A DNA stretch of 64,000 nucleotides from Camelus dromedarius. Taxonomy: Eukaryota. Numbering within the stretch: the first letter of the stretch is position 1; the number at the start of each line of letters is the position of its first letter. Under the pieces are notes generated by a model. That model worked only from the letters and a program-made list of their open reading frames with translations, was not told where the DNA came from and searched no databases. The stretch is from positions 12,340,001-12,404,000 of the forward strand of contig NC_087438.1 of the NCBI RefSeq assembly GCF_036321535.1, written 5' to 3'. A program made the translations under genes and the position numbers. Positions 26,509-37,147 of this stretch are shown piece after piece.

Positions 26509-26650
26509 CAGGGCCAGCTCCAGAGACTGGAGGGCCCAGGGCAAGATAAAAATTCAGAGGGGGCCCTTCTTCAAAAGGTGCTAAAAATTTAAGACAGGGA
26601 CAGCAGAGCAGCAACCAGATGCAAGGCCCTTCTGAGCGTGTGCACCCTTA
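26509..26650 (-). mobile_element. MER45A-like hAT-Tip100 element
   Basis: CAGGGCCAGCT...GGGCCCAGGGCAAGATAAAAAT...GACAGCAGAGCA...GGCCCTTCTGAGCG. Confidence 0.7.
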
Positions 26651-27103
26651 TCTGCAGAAGGAACCACAGCAGCGCGTTTCTGTTGGGGGATCTGGAGCCA
26701 GAAGCTGACACTGGGGGAGGCTCTTGAGAGAGTTCTTATCAGGAGACAACTCAGCACTTGGCAAGTCCCGAGATTTCAGCCGGATCCTTATCGTGCTGTA
26801 AGCACTGGTGAGTGATGCTCTCAGTGCCTGAGAGTGGGGTGCTGGCTGGAAGGACATTAGCAGAGAAACCCACATTAAAACTGAGAGCCAGCTTAGAGAT
26901 AGTCATAACTCCCTCATTCTATAAAGAATGTAGGACCCAAGTCATGTAGGGAGATAGAGAAAGTTCCAGAACTAGAACCCAGGTCTCTACCTCCCAGTTA
27001 CTGTGTCTTCTTGTCTGTGACACAAATTTTCCCCCAGCCCTGGAGTTCTGGGGAGGAGTCGTGATGGTATCAGGAGAGAAGCAGTTCTAAATATACACAT
27101 ATA

Positions 27104-27291
27104 ATGAGGGCACTGTGGCCCCGGTGGTTAGGTGTGGGCTCTGGAACTGGCTGCCTGGGCTTGTGTCCCAGCTCTGCACTTGCTTCGCTGTGTGACCTGG
27201 GACAGCTTGCTTAACCTCTCTGTGCTTCACGCTCATCTGTACCATGGAGATGACAGTAGTATTCTCCTCTTAGGACTGCTGTGAGGATCAT
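27104..27291 (+). mobile_element. MIR (right arm of inverted pair)
   Basis: GTGGTTAGG..GGGCTCTGG..CTGCCTGGG..GCTGTGTGACCTGGG..CTTAACCTCTCTGTGC..GTGAGGAT. Confidence 0.9.
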
Positions 27292-27334
27292 AAGAAGTAC
27301 TGTACCCAGAGAGATGAACAGAGAATTCAATACA

Positions 27335-27721
27335 TGTTATAGCCTAAATGTCTGTGTCCCCCCAAATTCATATGTTGAAGCCCTAACCCCCAATGTGGTG
27401 GTATTAGGAGGTAGAACCTTTGGGAGGTCATTAGTTTTAGATGAGCTCATGAGAGTGGGGTACCCCTGATGGGCTTAGGGTCCTTATAAGGAGAGGAAGA
27501 GAGATGAGAGATCTGGGTTGTTAATTTTTTCCCTCTCCACCATGTAAGGACACGGTGAGAAGGTGGCCGTCTGCAAACCAGGAAGAGAGGACTCATCAGA
27601 CCCTGAAACAGCCGCACCTTGATCTTGGACTCCCGAGGCCTCCTGAAGTGAGAAATCATACCCGCTGTTTCAGCTGCTGGTCTGTGGTGTTTGGTTCCAG
27701 CAGCCTGAGATGACTAAGACA
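27335..27721 (+). mobile_element. MaLR LTR (MLT1A-like)
   Basis: TGTTATAG..AAATTCATATGTTGAAGCCCTAACCCCCAATGTG...GACTAAGACA. Confidence 0.9.
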
Positions 27722-28551
27722 ATCAGCATTTTATTACTTGGAGACAAACAGAACCGGCCGCTTCATCTCCTGTCGCAGGTTACTCAGCTTCTCTTGGCTG
27801 TGGCTTCCTCTGTGTGAAGGGACACAGCGGCCACGCCCACCTCCCAGGGCTGCTGCCAGAGGCCCGCACACTGGCGGGCAGGTCAGGGAGCTGAGTAAAT
27901 GGCAGTCTGCAGCAATGTTAGCTAGTATATAAAATCCCAAGTTCTGGAAATCACCAGTTTTTTACAGAAAGGACCTGCCTCTCATTAAACAGAGGATAAA
28001 ACCAGGACCTGAAGTCCCATCCTGCTCTGTGCCACCCCCTCCCCCAACCAGGACCACCCACCCTGAGGCCCATAGCCGGTGACGCGCCAGGACCTGGGCT
28101 GCTGGGCGCAGTGCCCTCGCGTGGATGACTCGCTCTGAAGGCCACTGAACCCATCTCACTCCTAAAATACTTGCTGACCACTGACTCTAAAGGCTGTGAG
28201 ACCAGCAGCAGGAGAATAATAAAAACAATACAACCAAACCAAAAACCAAACCTCTGACATCAGCTAGCTTGCAGGATAAAGGCGAGAATGAACAGGGTCT
28301 GTAACATTTACAGACAGCATCGCGGGCTGCATCCACGAACCTGCTCCAACTGAAGGGTCCCCGCTGTGGTCGGACAAGGATATTGGAGAGAGGGGACAGC
28401 TGGGTGGCATTTGCAAAATGATCTTGACATTTGATGGGGAAACCCCACTTGACAATCATACTCATATGTGTAAAATGAAAAAGCAAGTGGTGGATTTTGA
28501 TTCAGTCCAAGGCTATTTACAAAAAATAATAATTTAGAAAATACCAGGAAT

Positions 28552-28852
28552 GACACAAATGAACTTATTTATAAAACAGAAACAGACTCGCATACATAGA
28601 AAACAAACTTATGGTTTCCAAAGGGAAAGGGTGGGGGATAAATTAGGAGTTTGGGATTAGCAGATACAAAGTACTATAATAAAATAAACAGCAGGTTTCT
28701 ACTATACAGCACAAGGAACTATATTCATCTTGTAATAACCTATAATGAAAAAATGTGTATGTATATAACTGAATCACTGTGCTGTACACCAGAAAGTAAC
28801 ACGACATTGTAAATCAACTATATATACTTCAATTAAAAAAAAAACAAAAAAA
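28552..28852 (+). mobile_element. Cetartiodactyl L1 3' end with A-tail
   Basis: GACACAAATGAACTTATTTATAAAACAGAAACAGACTC...ACATTGTAAATCAACTATA...poly(A). Degenerate TSD ending GAAT. Confidence 0.92.
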
Positions 28853-29614
28853 CTAAGAATGTAATAACAGTTTCCAAGGCTGGTTAAAAAGGAGGTAAGA
28901 GTATTGTGAGACAGAAAAAAACAAACCAAAACAAAATGCTTCGATGGAGATTATTTTCCTCTGTTGGGAGATGTGATTTTTAAACAATGACCTTCACATC
29001 CTGCTTACACCAGTTGTTAAAATTAGCATTTGCGGTTTTTGTTTTAGTCTCTCCTGGGCATAGGCTATGAAACCAACCACCTTTGACATAGAACAACTTC
29101 ATTCTAAGAAAAGGGAAGTTGGGAATTTCCAAGCGTGGCTAAAAAATACAGGAATGTGAGGGCCCAGCTCTGACTCCCCCGGACAACCTTGAAGGTGCAT
29201 CTCCTGGGGCTGTGTGTCCCTCCCTCCCTTCCACAGTGTCACAGGTCCACGTGCGTTTGTGTACATCGACGGTGTTCTGGGGAGAGGCAGAAAGGAGAAA
29301 GCTTTGTGGACACAATGTTCCTCCATGATGCGCTGTGCAACCTCTATTCTGTTTGCTGAGGCTGAATACAAAATGATCACCATTCGTGGGGAGCAAAAGC
29401 ACCAAACATCACCCTGAAGCCCCTAAGAGAAATTTCATTGAAGACTTAATGTTATCAGTCTTGTGGAAGTCTCATTTCAGCCCAAGCATAGATTTGAAAA
29501 TTTTTATTGTGTCATAGGGAACTTGTGTTCCATTTTGATGGAGGGTGAGTGACTGATTTTAAAATACTGGCCATTGATGACGAGTTCAGGAGAAATCTCA
29601 GTTCTCAGAGGGAT

Positions 29615-29780
29615 GCATGTCTGAGTGTGGTCCCCAGACTGGCACGCTCAGCATTACCTGGGAACTTGTCAAAAATGCACATTCTGGGCTCTCAGATCCA
29701 TGGAGTCAGACACTCAGGAAGCAGGGCCCAGAAACCTGTGCTTTAATTGCCCTACAGGGGATACTGATGCAGGCATACTG
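29615..29780 (+). mobile_element. MER5A-like hAT-Charlie element
   Basis: GTGTGGTCCCCAGAC..CAGCATTACCTGGGAACTTGTCAAAAATGCA..CCCAGAAACCTGTGCTTTAA. Confidence 0.75.
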
Positions 29781-30277
29781 ATGTTGTCATAATTTCAACA
29801 TTTTCAGTCTGTATCATTCCGAGTGTTTATTCTATGTAAAACTTGCTAGAAGGCCCTGTGACATTTTCCTTCTATGCAGTTCACGTTTCGGGGATAATTC
29901 CCACAATTGAAACCCACATCACAACAACCCTTTCATTTGATAGCCTTGACAACCATTTTCCCAACAGCACCATAAAAATGTTCTCTTTCCCACAAAGACA
30001 GGAGGGCCGTAATAGAGGAAGGGGACAGAGTACCAGCAAGCAGTCTGCAGACAGGCTGACGTGTGGGCTGTTTATAACACTTGCCTTGTGGGCAGTGAGG
30101 GTCCCCATCAGGCTAGGAGAAGACATTCCAGACATGGCAGACTCAGGACAAAGATGAGCTGAGTTCAGTACAGAAAGGTTCCTTCTCCAGGGACAGGATC
30201 ATCACCTAAATGTGACAGGGTGTCTGTCCCTGCACCTGGCTTGAGGGCCCTGTCGCTGGAAGGCCGAAGTCCCTTCC

Positions 30278-30446
30278 CAGTTGGTGTGCTGGAGAGCATG
30301 ACCAGGCGAGCCCATCTCTCCCCAGGGCAGTGCTCCGGACGCCGTGCACGGGGATCTGCCTCGGAGAATTTACACCGAGGAAATTGGCAAACGCTGTGAG
30401 TGAGGACTTGACATTTTGTGAGAGCTGGTTCACCAGCACAGCGCTG
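30278..30446. mobile_element. MER63-like hAT-Blackjack element
   Basis: TIR-like ends CAGTTGGTGTGCTGG / CCAGCACAGCGCTG and internal ATTTACACCGAGGAAATTGGCAAACGCT. Confidence 0.7.
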
Positions 30447-31664
30447 GATTTAGAACACAGAGCGTCAAGTCATAAACGTATAACTCAGCTCATCTCCTGT
30501 GGAATAATGGGAAATACTGTTTATTTTAGGATCAAGACTCACTTTGTGCTTGTCTGGATGGGACTCCCACTAGGATTGAAAGCAAACTTGTTGGAGGATT
30601 TCATCGTGCAGCTTGAATGTTGCTGTCCCGGCTTCTGTGATGAGGCCTCATCTTGGGGTCTGCAGGTACTCCAGCTCCCAGAACTGCCAGAGCTGTGGGC
30701 TCGGCCATTCAGGGGTGACTCCTCCATCCCCTTTTCAGCCTCTGTCGCCTCTTGTAGTCGGATCCACCATCAATCAGAACTTTGAGTGAAAGGTGATTTC
30801 CATTTTAATTTACAAAGTTAATGCTTACTAAGCACACACTGTGCTCTGGGCACTATGGGAGTAAGTCTACAAACAGCTTCATTTAGTGTTTACAGAAGCC
30901 CCAAAAGATAGGTACTCCTAGCCTCTCCATTTCCCAAGTGAGAAAGCTGAGACAGAGGTGAGTAAAAGCCAAGATCACAAAGGATTTGAACCTGGTGTGT
31001 CTGATCCTTGATCTTCCACATAGTGCTGGATGTTTTTTTTTTTTTTTTGCTTGATAATCACCTATAGAGCTTTAAAAACCTGGAGATGCTTTGGGCAGTG
31101 ATTCAGAAATTCTGATTTATTGATTAAGGTGTTAGGCCCGGGAATTTTTGATAAGCTGTTTAGAGGGGTAGCTAATTAGAAAACCCTCCCAGGGTTAGAT
31201 ACCTAGAAATGCCAGACAAAACATTACAGCATCCTTTTACATGTGTAATTGACCTCTTAAGGCAGGAATGAATATTCTCTGGGGCCAAAATCAGAAAGAA
31301 CTGAACTCCAGATGAGTAAACCTATGAGCTGGTTCTGAGGCTGTGCTTGGTGGCAGAGCACAGGGTGACAGAGGACGAGTGTAGCAGCCTAGCAATCAAG
31401 TAGGGGACATTAAAAAGTTTATTTGGTGTTTGATGCACACAAAAGAACATTATTCTTTTAAACATATGACTCAAGCTCATCCATGTTGTTAAAGATGTAG
31501 TTCCTCCACTTTGTGGCTGTATAATATTCCATGGTGTGACTGTACCACCAATTGCCCGCTCATTCTCCTGTCAGTGGATGTTTGGGAGGCTCAAATTTTT
31601 TACTCTTATGCATTTATGAACATACGCACAAGTCTCCTGGTGCACATGTGCCCAATTTTCTCCA

Positions 31665-32720
31665 GACATGGAACACATTCAAAACGGAAGTCGTGATTCT
31701 TGCCCCCAGACTTGCTCTTCCCACTGTCTTCCCAGTGTCACTGAAAGTCAACGCCATCCTTCTGCTTGTTCAGGGCAAACCTGTGGCATCATCTGTACTC
31801 ATTTCCTATAGTTGCTGTAACAAATGATCACAAGCTTGGTGGCTTAAAGCAACAACACATGTATATCTTCTATTTTTTAGATTAGCAGTCCAACCCCGGT
31901 CTCACGGGGCTAAAATCCAGGTTGGCAGGACTGTGCTCCTTCTGGAGGCTGTAGAAGAGAATTTATTTCCTTGCTTTTTCCGGCTTCTGGAGGCTGCCTG
32001 AATTTCTGGGCACATGGCCCCATTCCTCCATCTTCAAAGTCAGCATGGTTGGGCCATGTCTTTCTCAAGCTGCCGTCTCTCTGTCTGCTACTTCCCTTGT
32101 CTACGTTGAAAGACCTTTGTGATTATATTGGGCCTACTCAGATAATCCAGGATAATCTCCTTAAGGTCATCTGACTAGCAACCTTAGTTCTGTCTAGAAC
32201 TTTAATCCGTTCCCCTTTGCTGTGTAACCCGATATATTCACAGGTTCAGGAATTAGGATGCAGGCATCTTTGGTGGACCATTTTTCTGCCACAATACCAT
32301 CCTTGGTGATGATAAACGAGTCTGTTAGGAAGCCCTGCAGGCTCAGTATTCAACATAAATTGAAAATCCAACCACTTCTTAACCATTCTGCAGCTATTGC
32401 TCCCTTGGTCCCATCCACCATCATTTCTCCTGGGATTACTGCAATAGTCCGTCCGCACAGCCTCGTCTCCATGTGTCAGCCATAAAGAGCCTCTTAAGAT
32501 GTGAGTCATGTCATGTGACTCTTCACACAAAACTCCCCAGAGTCTTTTCATTTGCTTAGAAGAAAAGCCCAGATGCTTACAACGGCCACACAGCACCCAG
32601 ATACAAGTGTTCCATCCCAGCCCCAACCTCTGTCTCCTCTTCTACTGCAGTCCCCACCCATTGCTCACTCCTTACCTTTATCTTACTTTAAATTTGCTTA
32701 TTGTTTTCTGCCTCCTCCTT
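31665..32720 (+). mobile_element. L2 fragment interrupted by an MLT1 LTR
   Basis: CTTGCTCTTCCCACTGTCTTCCCAG.. before the LTR, and CACCATCATTTCTCCTGGGATTACTGCAATAG after it. Confidence 0.7.
31794..32293 (-). mobile_element. MaLR LTR (MLT1C/D-like)
   Basis: TGTACTCATTTCCTATAGTTGCTGTAACAAAT...CAGATAATCCAGGATAATCTCC...ATATTCACAGGTTCAGGAATTAGGA. Confidence 0.9.
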
Positions 32721-32975
32721 CTAAAAAGTGAGAGTAGGAATTTTTTAATTTGGGTCTTCCACAAATATCAGCTCAAAGCCCAAAGCTCATTATTTATACT
32801 AAGAACAATTTTTTTTGTCCAAAGGGTTTGGACAGAGATGGGGCCCTGGGCCAGCAAATGAGGGGAGGTAGAAATAGACCCACACATAAATCTGAGGACC
32901 TGGAAATGATTGTTCCCACGGCCAAAGGTGATGCAAGGGATTTTGTCTGTCTTGGGCTGGGCTCGGTCTCCTAGG

Positions 32976-33172
32976 AAGCAGTTCAGTGGTTGCCAAGGAC
33001 TGGGACGAGGTGGGGGCAGGGGATGGGGAGTGACTGCCTAGTGGATGCAGGGTCTCCTTTTAGGGCAATGAAAGTGTTCTAGAACTGGATAGTGGGGATG
33101 GTTGCATTACACTGCAAATGTACTGAATTGTACACTTGAAAATGGTTAGATTGTTGAAGTTTACTGCAATAA
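32976..33172 (+). mobile_element. L1MB-like 3' end
   Basis: CAGTGGTTGCCAAGG..GGGGAGTGACTGC..GTTCTAGAACTGGATAGTGGGGATGGTTGCA..ACTGAATTGTACACTT. Confidence 0.85.
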
Positions 33173-33379
33173 AGTCTCCTGAGAAGTTATTATGACAGCC
33201 CTACTGCAGGTGGATTTGGAACTGAATTTATACCACCTGCATGGTCAAGGGATTCCCAAAGCCGAGAAATTCACATAAGAAGTGGTGTCAGGCACATGAT
33301 ACCCCTTAGAGCTTTAAGAGAAGCAGATGCATCTGTAACTCTGGAGGAAGGAAATGCCCTCAGCCCAGGCAGTGCTGAC

Positions 33380-34330
33380 ATCCCACAGGCAAATCCCCCC
33401 GAAGATGAGCTCACCGTCCCGAATTCCACGTCCCACCAGGGAACAAACTTCAGCAGGTGAAACCAACAGCAGAGTGAGATGGCAGAGAACTCAGGACAAC
33501 AGAATCATAGGCTGGAAACCATAGAGTGTGTTTAAACCAATTAAAGACCAAAATAAACAAATAAATAGGAAACATTAAAAAAAAAAAAAAGCAACAGTCT
33601 ATCAAGAAGATCAGGAATGTTTGAAAAAGAACAAAATAAAACTTTTAGAGATGAAAAACATCTTAAAAAATCTTAAACAACTGATCAAAGAGACACTTAA
33701 GCAGGGCTTAAGAGAGAAAGTCTGAGTGGGGAAGTCCATCTGTGGCATCTCTCTAGAATGTGACATAGAAAGAGAAGTGGGTGGTAGACATGGAGCACAG
33801 GGTAGGAAGGTCTAAGTTACTGCAACAGAATTTCCAGAAGAGACACAAGAGGATGGGGGAAAGCTAATATTTAAGAAACAACAAAGGAATTCCAAAAATT
33901 GATGAAAGATATCAGATTCAGGAAGCACAATGAGTCCTGAACCAGAAAATTCTCCCAAAGGGTCCATGATGGCCCTGAAGGCAGATCTCCAGCTCTTGGT
34001 GGGGGAGGGGGGGGCGCTCGGCACACAGAGAAAGAGATCAAGGCAGGCCCACCGGGCATGGAACATACACAGGCTTCCTGGGGGGAGCACACTTTCTTCC
34101 CTTACAAGTTTCCCTTTTATATGGCAAATAGTCATAGAGGGCTTTCTAGAAATATCTCAGAAAATTTTAAATATATGGGAGAACTAATTTTAAAAGTTGA
34201 CTTCACATCTTTTTTGGGGGAAGAAACACTGTTATTCAGAAGTCAGATTATGCACCCCTTGCTCTTGGAAGAGAATATGTTACATTCTGGGAGAAATTAC
34301 AGAAGACGTAGAGGCAAGGTGCTTTAAGGA
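33380..34330 (+). mobile_element. Very old L1/HAL1 ORF1-region fragment
   Basis: A-rich decayed ORF1-like blocks (AAAGAACAAAATAAAACTTTTAGAGATGAAAA; GAATTCCAAAAATTGATGAAAGATATCAGATTCAGGAAGCACAATGAGTCC). Confidence 0.55.
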
Positions 34331-34590
34331 TATTCTAATCATCGAGGGGTCATGAATGCATGTGTGAATATCATTATGAAAAGTGAATACACCCATGGTA
34401 TATATTGAGACACAGAGAGGCTGACTGAAGGGGACAAGGTAGGGGCTGACTGATCGAAAATATGCTGAGTCCTTTAATTCATGAACCCTTGCCTGGGAAA
34501 AAGATTGGGAAAAATCACAACGATCTATAAATTGCAATTGAAGGACTAGTTTTTCACAGTATGTATGGAAATGACCGTTGATACAGGGCG

Positions 34591-35115
34591 TGTGGCAGAC
34601 AGAGGGAGGCTGCAGATTCTCCTCCCATCAGGAGATGGGTCTATGTCACCCCTCCTGGAATCTGGGCAGCTCGGTGATTGCTCTGACTAATATTGAAGAC
34701 GTGATGCTGTACTAGCTTTTGAGCTCAGGACTTAAGAAATTGGCAGCTTCCGCTTCCTGGCTCTTGGAACACTTGCTCTTGGAGCCTCGAGCCACCACAG
34801 GAGACATCTGGCTGCTCTGCTGCAACCACCGTGTGGAAAGACCCAGGCATCTGAGTGAAGCCATCCGAGACACCCCAATCCAGTTCTGCTGCAGCTGAAT
34901 CCCACCTCGTGATGCTAGTCAGTGCCAGAGGGACTGCACACTGTCCCGGCCAAGCCTGTGTCATAATGACTCAAACACAATGGGAGCACGGAACTGTTCA
35001 GGAGGGAATTTTTTTCTTGATCAGCGGCCCTCCTCCACGTGGTGACTCAGGGATCAGTAAAATGGTTTCCAGCCATTAATTTACGTAGTATGTTACATTG
35101 CAGCAGATACCTGGA
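34591..35115 (+). mobile_element. MaLR LTR (MLT1G/H-like)
   Basis: GGAATCTGGGCAG..GCTCTGACTAAT..CTTAAGAAATTGGCAGCTTCCGCTTCCTGGCTCTTGGAACACTTGCTCTTGGAGCC. Confidence 0.75.
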
Positions 35116-35319
35116 GCCAGACCTTTGGATCATATGCCACTTTGTCCCGTTCCCGCCTCAGTCACTGTCATGTTCTGGAATCTGGATGCTGACTTTGTAG
35201 CCTACTGAGAATTTTGGCCTGGACGACAGGCAGTATGAGCAATTGTCTTCTCGATACCGTTACATTTCTGGAGTGAGTATCTTTTCTATATTCTCCTACC
35301 ATTACATCTGTATTGTCAC

Positions 35320-35760
35320 CAGGGCCAGCTTCACGGGCATGTGACCTGTGCAGTCACTCAGGGCCCCGTGCTCAGAAGGGCCTATGCTTGGTTTAGTTCT
35401 TTGCAGTTTTCATCTTGAAAGTCTTAAATATTTTGTCCTTGAACTTGCGTTTTGTTAAGTGAAGTCTGAGGGAACCATGGAGCGGAAGGGATGTGTGTAA
35501 CACGCGTGTCCACAGATGTTCCTTGTTGTCCCATGTGCAGGTACCTTTCAGGGGACCCTGTGGGCACAGATTCCAGTGGACACACAAGGTGTAGGTATTC
35601 ACTGACACTCAAAGCAAGTCCAAGATAAGCATCTGATGTCCCCGGATGACTAAGCAGGGGGTACAGACAACCTGCGAAGTCACGGATTCTTTTAGAACTG
35701 GAATTTGCTTCGGCTGCAGAAAGAAAAGCAATGCTCTAAGAAACAAGAATGACTCAAATG
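35320..35760 (+). mobile_element. MER45B/C-like hAT-Tip100 fragment
   Basis: CAGGGCCAGCTTCACGGGCATGTGACCTGTGCAGTCACTCAGGGCCCCGTGCTCAGAAGGGCC matches the recalled MER45 left end and continues into internal sequence. Confidence 0.85.
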
Positions 35761-36329
35761 GGAAAGACTTCTGTTTTCTGTTCTGTGAAGTGTGGAATTT
35801 GTAATATGAGCTTCTCAAGTTGGTGATAGATAAACATTTTTGAACGTTGGTATCTCCAAGACCAGAGGAACTCTTGGGCAGGACGTGTTACCAGGTAGAC
35901 CTGCCTGCAGCCATTTCAACGTGGGTTCACCATGGGGGGGTCTATGGAAAATCAGGGTGCTGCTTCATCCTGGACATTAGGCTCCTGAGTTAGGTGACTC
36001 TGCAACTTCACATGAAAGCTAAATTCTTGTGACATTCAAATAAAGGAAGCACTTACATAGAAAAGGTAGTTTATCATCTCAAATTCAAACCTGTTAGAAT
36101 TAAGGCTTTTGATTTTGAAGAAATGACCAGTCCTTAGCAGGGCAGGATGATTGGTTGGCTCATCCATGAAATCAGCCAGCAGTGATGTCAAGTAAACAGC
36201 TATGTAGGAGAGAGTTGAGGCTGTGAGGACATATCTCAGTTCTCCGTGTAACACACTGTGCTTCTCAGCTTGATCAGGACTGTTTGGAGCATTTCAGAAA
36301 TACAGGAGCAACAATAGTTTGTGGACTTT

Positions 36330-36750
36330 GGAAATACTCAGCCATAAAAAAGAATAAAATAACGCCATTTGCTGCAACATGGATGAACCTGGAGACTGTC
36401 ATACTAAGTGAAGTAAGCCAGAAAGAAAAAGAAAAATACCATATGAGATCACTTATATGTGGAATCTTAACAAATGACACAAACGAACTTCTTTACAAAA
36501 CAGAAACAGACTCACAGACATAGAAAACAAACTTATGGTTACCAGGGAGGGAAGAAGGGGTGGAGCGACAAACTGGGAGTTTGGGATTGGCAGATATAAA
36601 CTACAATGTGCAAAATAGATAAACAACAATTTCCTACTGTGTAGCACAGGAAACTATTTACGTCTTACAATAATGTATAATGAAAAAGAATATGAAAAGA
36701 TGAATATATGTATGTATAACTGAACTACTATGCTGTATACCAGAAATTAA
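36330..36750 (+). mobile_element. Cetartiodactyl L1: ORF2p C-terminus plus 3' UTR, lacking poly(A)
   Basis: Translates as YSAIKKNKITPFAATWMNLETVILSEVSQKEKEKYHMRSLICGI, the canonical L1 ORF2p C-terminus. The 3' UTR is homologous to 28552-28852. Confidence 0.95.
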
Positions 36751-36922
36751 TAGGAGAGGGGAGGTAGGTTCCTGTAAAGGTGGTTTGGGTCTTCCCTATA
36801 GGGGTAAATGGCACTACCATCTACCCACTTTCTCAAAAGGTGCTGTCATCATGTTTTCTCTCTCTCTTTTATATTCCCTCTTCCAATCAACCCCTCGCCC
36901 CATCCATTCTACCTTCTAAATA

Positions 36923-37147
36923 CAGCTGCCCCTTGAACAGCATGAGTTTGAACTGCATGGGTCCCCTTGTAGGCAGACATTTCCCAGCAGTGAATATTAT
37001 AGTTGTGCACGATGCACAGTTGCTTGAATCCTCAGAGGCAGAACCCCGGACATGGAGGAACTGGATACAGAGGGCTGACTCCACTCAGAAATTGAACTTT
37101 GCTGATGGTCAGCACCCCTAACTCATCCGTTGTTCAAGGGTCAACTG
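36923..37147. mobile_element. Tigger2-derived MITE (TcMar)
   Basis: TIRs CAGCTGCCCCTTGAACA / TGTTCAAGGGTCAACTG flanked by TA on both sides. Confidence 0.9.

Noticed and set aside
36284..36523. ORF with genuine protein similarity
   Set aside because: It is the C-terminal remnant of L1 ORF2p in a truncated element, not a host gene.
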